A stretch of DNA of 64,000 nucleotides from Calditrichaceae bacterium. GTDB taxonomy: Bacteria > Calditrichota > Calditrichia > Calditrichales > JBFXGD01. The DNA lies in NCBI GenBank assembly GCA_050173015.1, contig JBFXLE010000016.1, forward strand, positions 31,188-95,187, written 5' to 3'. Both the position numbers and the translations under genes were made by a program. Shown here in pieces: positions 60,011 to 64,000 of this stretch; positions within the stretch are counted from its first letter, which is position 1; each line of letters opens with the position of its first letter. The notes under the pieces were generated by a model. The model had not been told where the DNA came from, made no database searches, and saw only the letters and a list, made by a program, of their open reading frames with translations.

Positions 60011-60574
60011 ATGCGGTTTATATATTTGATAGTAATGTTTGCAATATTTTTGAATTTCTTGTCCTGCGGGCAATCTCCCGAAAATACCATCAAATCTCAG
60101 GACAGAGAAGAACCGGTAAAACCCTATCAGTATTCCTATCTTATTGAAAATGAGCCTGACATTTTATATGGTGAAATTATTTATCTTCCGATCTATTCAG
60201 AAATTTTTTACAAGGATCAGAAGAGCACCATTCAATTATCCGCTACCCTGAGTATCCACAATACCGATCTTAACAACCCTGTCACTCTGAAAAAAGTGTA
60301 TTATCATGATACAAAGGGTCACTTGATACGAAAATATATTGATACAAACAAAGAACTTATGCCGCTCGAAACATTGAATATAATCATTGAGGATACGGAT
60401 AGAACAGGCGGCACCGGAGCAAATTTTATCGTCGAATGGAACACCGAGAATGAAGTGAGCAGCCCGATAGTGGAGGCATTGATGGTCACCACAAAAATGG
60501 GTCAGGGGATATCTTTTACATCGACCGGTAAAGTCGTGAAAAAATTTGGAAAAAGTATTCCGGCCAGGCATTAA
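60011..60574 (+). CDS. DUF3124 family lipoprotein
   Basis: Lipobox LSC, YLPIYSEI, LSATLSIHNTD, GGTGANFIVEW, PIVEA.M, GISF. Confidence 0.85.
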   Translation: MRFIYLIVMFAIFLNFLSCGQSPENTIKSQDREEPVKPYQYSYLIENEPDILYGEIIYLPIYSEIFYKDQKSTIQLSATLSIHNTDLNNPVTLKKVYYHDTKGHLIRKYIDTNKELMPLETLNIIIEDTDRTGGTGANFIVEWNTENEVSSPIVEALMVTTKMGQGISFTSTGKVVKKFGKSIPARH

Positions 60575-60738
60575 AATCATATCCGGGATACATTGACACA
60601 GGTACGCGCCATAACGATCGTAATTGTAATAAACTCAATCCAATTTGACATACCGGGCGGAATCGGGTATCATCCTCCCGGTCTGTATCATTAAATTTGA
60701 TTTCTATTATTCAAAATCACATTAACCAAGAAGTTTAT

Positions 60739-61932
60739 ATGGAATCCATCAAGGAAATATTCAGAATAGGAAACGGTCCGTCAAGCAGCCATACGATGGG
60801 ACCCAAAAAAGCAGCGCAAATTTTTAAATCCAAATATCCCGAAGCGCGCAGATTTGAAGCAACTTTATACGGGAGCCTTGCCGCCACCGGAAAAGGACAT
60901 CAGACGGATATCGCCATCACCGGAGCTTGTTATCCCAAAGAGGTCAAAATATTGTGGAAAGCCGACACTTTCCTGCCAAATCATCCAAACGGCATGCGAT
61001 TCAGAGCGTTAAGCGCCGATTCAACGAGCATGGGTGAATGGACCGTTTACAGCGTCGGCGGTGGAAAAATCACCGACTATGTGAGCGATGAGAAAGAGAG
61101 CAGCATCTATGAGCTGACAACTATGAATGATATTCTTAAGTGGTCAAAGAATACCGGTAAATCGTTTTGGGAATATGTTGAATCCGTGGAAGGTCCTGAA
61201 ATTAATGATTATCTTAGAGAAGTCTGGGCCGTCATGCTAGGAGCCATCAGCAGAGGAATCGATCAGGATGGTATCATTCCGGGGGGTCTCAAATTAAACA
61301 GAAAAGCATCTTCCTATTATGTAAAGGCAAAAAATTATAGCGGTTCGCTCAAAAGCAAAACACTGATATTTTCATATGCCCTGGCGGTCGCGGAAGAAAA
61401 CGCCGCCGGAGGAATAATTGCGACAGCTCCCACCTGTGGATCATCAGGGGTACTGCCGGCAGTTTTGAAAACTTTAAGGGATAGTTTCGATTTTTCTGAA
61501 CGGAAAATATTACGGGCGCTGGCCACCGCGGGATTGATCGGGAATATTGTAAAGAAAAACGCGTCCATATCCGGAGCAAAAGTCGGTTGCCAGGGTGAAA
61601 TCGGAACTGCCTGCGCCATGGCTTCGGCTGCCGCGACTCAGTTGCTGGGAGGCACACCTTCACAAATCGAGTACGCGGCGGAAATGGGCATGGAGCATCA
61701 TCTGGGTTTGACCTGTGATCCGATTGCCGGACTGGTTCAGGTGCCGTGCATCGAACGAAATGCCTTTGCTTCCGAAAGAGCTCTGAACACAGCGACTTAT
61801 GCCCTTTTATCTGACGGCAGACATCTGGTTTCATTTGATAAAATCGTCAAAACCATGAATCAGACAGGGCATGATTTACCAAGTATCTACAAAGAAACTT
61901 CAGCAGGCGGACTGGCCATTCTTGATTTATAA
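60739..61932 (+). CDS. sdaA: L-serine ammonia-lyase (Fe-S, fused alpha/beta)
   Basis: GPSSSHTMGP, LYGSLAATGKGH, APTCGS, GCQGEIG, LGLTCDP, PCIERN, KETS.GGLA. Confidence 0.95.
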   Translation: MESIKEIFRIGNGPSSSHTMGPKKAAQIFKSKYPEARRFEATLYGSLAATGKGHQTDIAITGACYPKEVKILWKADTFLPNHPNGMRFRALSADSTSMGEWTVYSVGGGKITDYVSDEKESSIYELTTMNDILKWSKNTGKSFWEYVESVEGPEINDYLREVWAVMLGAISRGIDQDGIIPGGLKLNRKASSYYVKAKNYSGSLKSKTLIFSYALAVAEENAAGGIIATAPTCGSSGVLPAVLKTLRDSFDFSERKILRALATAGLIGNIVKKNASISGAKVGCQGEIGTACAMASAAATQLLGGTPSQIEYAAEMGMEHHLGLTCDPIAGLVQVPCIERNAFASERALNTATYALLSDGRHLVSFDKIVKTMNQTGHDLPSIYKETSAGGLAILDL

Positions 61933-61949
61933 AAACATACACTCACCGG

Positions 61950-62645
61950 TCAGAGAAAACTAATATTGATTCTGCCCGCCTGGGAGCGGCCGGCGATCTC
62001 CCTGATGTCTTTATTTTCAAGTATTTTTTTTTCAATATCCTCTTTTACGACATTGATCATCGCCAGCCCGATTTCTTCCAGAGTACATACATACTTCGGG
62101 AAAAGGATTTTCCAGAGCGGATAAAACGGCGCTAAAATGTGGTATATTTTATACACGTTCTTTAATCCTTTTGTCGGCTGGATGTATCCTGGACGAAACA
62201 TATAAGCGGACTTAAATGACATCCTCATAAGATCATTCTCAGTTTTCCCTTTCACCCTGGCCCACATCACCCGCCCTTTTTCTGAACTATCGGTTCCGGA
62301 TCCCGAGACATAGCAGAAGGTCATCTCCGGATTCTGTCGGAGAAGAGTATCAGCCACGTGAATGGTTAAATCATAAGTAACATGACGGTAATCATCTTCC
62401 TTCATTCTGATAGATGACACTCCCATACAAAAGAAACCGGCATTATATCCGGAAAGACGGTGTTCTATATCCGAAAAATCATGAAAATTGGTATGAATAA
62501 TCTCGCTTAGTTTTTCATGCCGGACACCGCAGGATCTTCTGTTTACAACAAGGACCGATTCAACATCGGGATGCCTGAGACATTCATGCAGCACACCTTC
62601 GCCTACCATCCCTGTCGCGCCAAACAAAACCGCCTTTATTTTCAT
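61950..62645 (-). CDS. NAD(P)-binding epimerase/atypical SDR
   Basis: GATGMVG Rossmann motif, WARVKGKTE, FRPG. Confidence 0.88.
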   Translation of the reverse strand: MKIKAVLFGATGMVGEGVLHECLRHPDVESVLVVNRRSCGVRHEKLSEIIHTNFHDFSDIEHRLSGYNAGFFCMGVSSIRMKEDDYRHVTYDLTIHVADTLLRQNPEMTFCYVSGSGTDSSEKGRVMWARVKGKTENDLMRMSFKSAYMFRPGYIQPTKGLKNVYKIYHILAPFYPLWKILFPKYVCTLEEIGLAMINVVKEDIEKKILENKDIREIAGRSQAGRINISFL

Positions 62646-62693
62646 AATCAGTTTCTCTTTATTCGAAATATTAAAAACTATTTGACAATTAAT

Positions 62694-63599
62694 TTAGAAT
62701 TGGTATTTAACATCGGTTAAATCCTGGGAGACTTCCCATAGTTTTGCCGCGATATTATTATCATGTGAGAGAGCGTTTGACTGCACTTTTTTTGGATACC
62801 CCTTCCATTCTTTCCAGCCCGAAGGGCCAAAATAATCGGCACCACTAACATCCGGTGCCGTTGCCGCGTAGAGAGTCGGCAGCGCGCCCATATCAATCCC
62901 CTGCGCGAAAAATTTATTCATAAACATAAACAATCTGTTATGCCTTTGCAGTTCGGTCGCCGTCCAGCCGGGATGCGCCGCCGTTGCTGTGACGCCGGAA
63001 TTTTGTGCGTCCAGTCTTCTTTGCAGTTCATAGGTAAAATACAAATTGGCGATTTTACTGTCACCATACGCGGCCCATGCCCTATAGCGTCTGCCTTCCC
63101 AGTTCAGATCGCTGAAATCAATATTTCCGTACCGGTGCGCCGCGCTGGAAACGTTCACGATACGTGAATCATTTGTGTTTTTTAACAGGTCCATCAGTAA
63201 TCCTGTCAGCGCGAAATGGCCAAAATGATTGGTGCCCATCTGAAGTTCGAAACCATCGGTTGTTTTTGAGTATGGAGGAATCATGACCCCCGCGTTGTTG
63301 ATGAGCAGATCAAGCCGTGAATATTTTTTTTTGACCGCTTCGGAAAATTTGCGGACTGATTTAAGATTAGCCAAATCCAGTTCCATAACTTTGATGTCTG
63401 CCGATTTGTGCCGGGCCATGATTTTATCAGCGGCGGCTTTACCCTTATCAAGACTACGCACGGCGATTACGACCGTCGCATTCTTTTCCGCCAATACCCG
63501 GGCCGCTTCGTAACCTATACCACTGCTGGATCCGGTGACAATAACCACCCTGCCATTCTGATCCGGAATATTTGTACTATCCCATATTTTTTGTGCCAT
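62694..63599 (-). CDS. Short-chain dehydrogenase (retinol dehydrogenase-like)
   Basis: TGSSSGIG, NNAGVM, NHFGHF, YGDSK, HPG. Confidence 0.93.
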   Translation of the reverse strand: MAQKIWDSTNIPDQNGRVVIVTGSSSGIGYEAARVLAEKNATVVIAVRSLDKGKAAADKIMARHKSADIKVMELDLANLKSVRKFSEAVKKKYSRLDLLINNAGVMIPPYSKTTDGFELQMGTNHFGHFALTGLLMDLLKNTNDSRIVNVSSAAHRYGNIDFSDLNWEGRRYRAWAAYGDSKIANLYFTYELQRRLDAQNSGVTATAAHPGWTATELQRHNRLFMFMNKFFAQGIDMGALPTLYAATAPDVSGADYFGPSGWKEWKGYPKKVQSNALSHDNNIAAKLWEVSQDLTDVKYQF

Positions 63600-64000
63600 T
63601 TGATATCCTTACTCATTTTTTTCTATTTATATGGTATTATTATTTCACTAACCCGGGAGATTTCCTGAGACACAAGCCTGACTTTTTAGAAAGTAGCATT
63701 TTTTACGGTAAAGTCAAACCATCAATTGCTTAAATGAATTCCCCATACTTATTTTTAGCGATCCAGTTTAAGAAAAAAGACAAAAGAATTAAGAGTTTAA
63801 GTTTCAACTATTGTGTTGCGGAATTCTTCGGGGCGAATTTTCTGTCCGGGATAAAGAACTAACCCTCCCCTCAATCCCCTCCCTTATGCCAGGCTGTTGC
63901 AGAGGGGGAATACTAAAGGCTTATACTCGCGTATAAGTTTTTAGCAGGGTAAAAATTTTTTCTAACGATTCTCATAACGAGTTTCGTCAGTATGATCTTT

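Noticed and set aside
60575-60738. Glycine or other riboswitch upstream of sdaA
   Set aside because: A hairpin is present, but I could not recognise any conserved aptamer motif

Overview
A 64-kb chromosomal segment from a diderm (outer-membrane) bacterium. The gene content looks FCB/Calditrichota-like, which is an inference rather than a determination. Most of the window is housekeeping and transport genes: a TetR-controlled LolA/LolCDE-like envelope cluster, rnhA, a cstA-ArsA-ATPase module, a sigma54 two-component system driving a porin + LIV-type ABC + CBS/ACT operon, a DnaE2-like polymerase, satD + membrane partner, lspA, lipA, fabH, mnmA, panBC, an N-terminal-only glmU, rsfS, argS, amrS, a TonB-dependent receptor and sdaA. 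The standout is a compact ~5.6-kb element integrated in tRNA-Asn(GTT) at 49455-55114. It has 27-bp att repeats, identical 25-bp arm-type sites, six co-oriented genes (tyrosine integrase, HTH protein, excisionase, Zn-finger/Toprim primase, AAA helicase-HTH, TerS-like protein) and a 12 x 9-bp array with a switch in core orientation, which is a candidate origin. It resembles a minimal phage satellite. A TGTAC-N4-GTACA palindrome lies upstream of both its TerS-like gene and the host dnaE2-like gene, suggesting a lineage-specific SOS box. A second notable non-coding signal is four palindromic sites at an exact 29-bp period upstream of satD.
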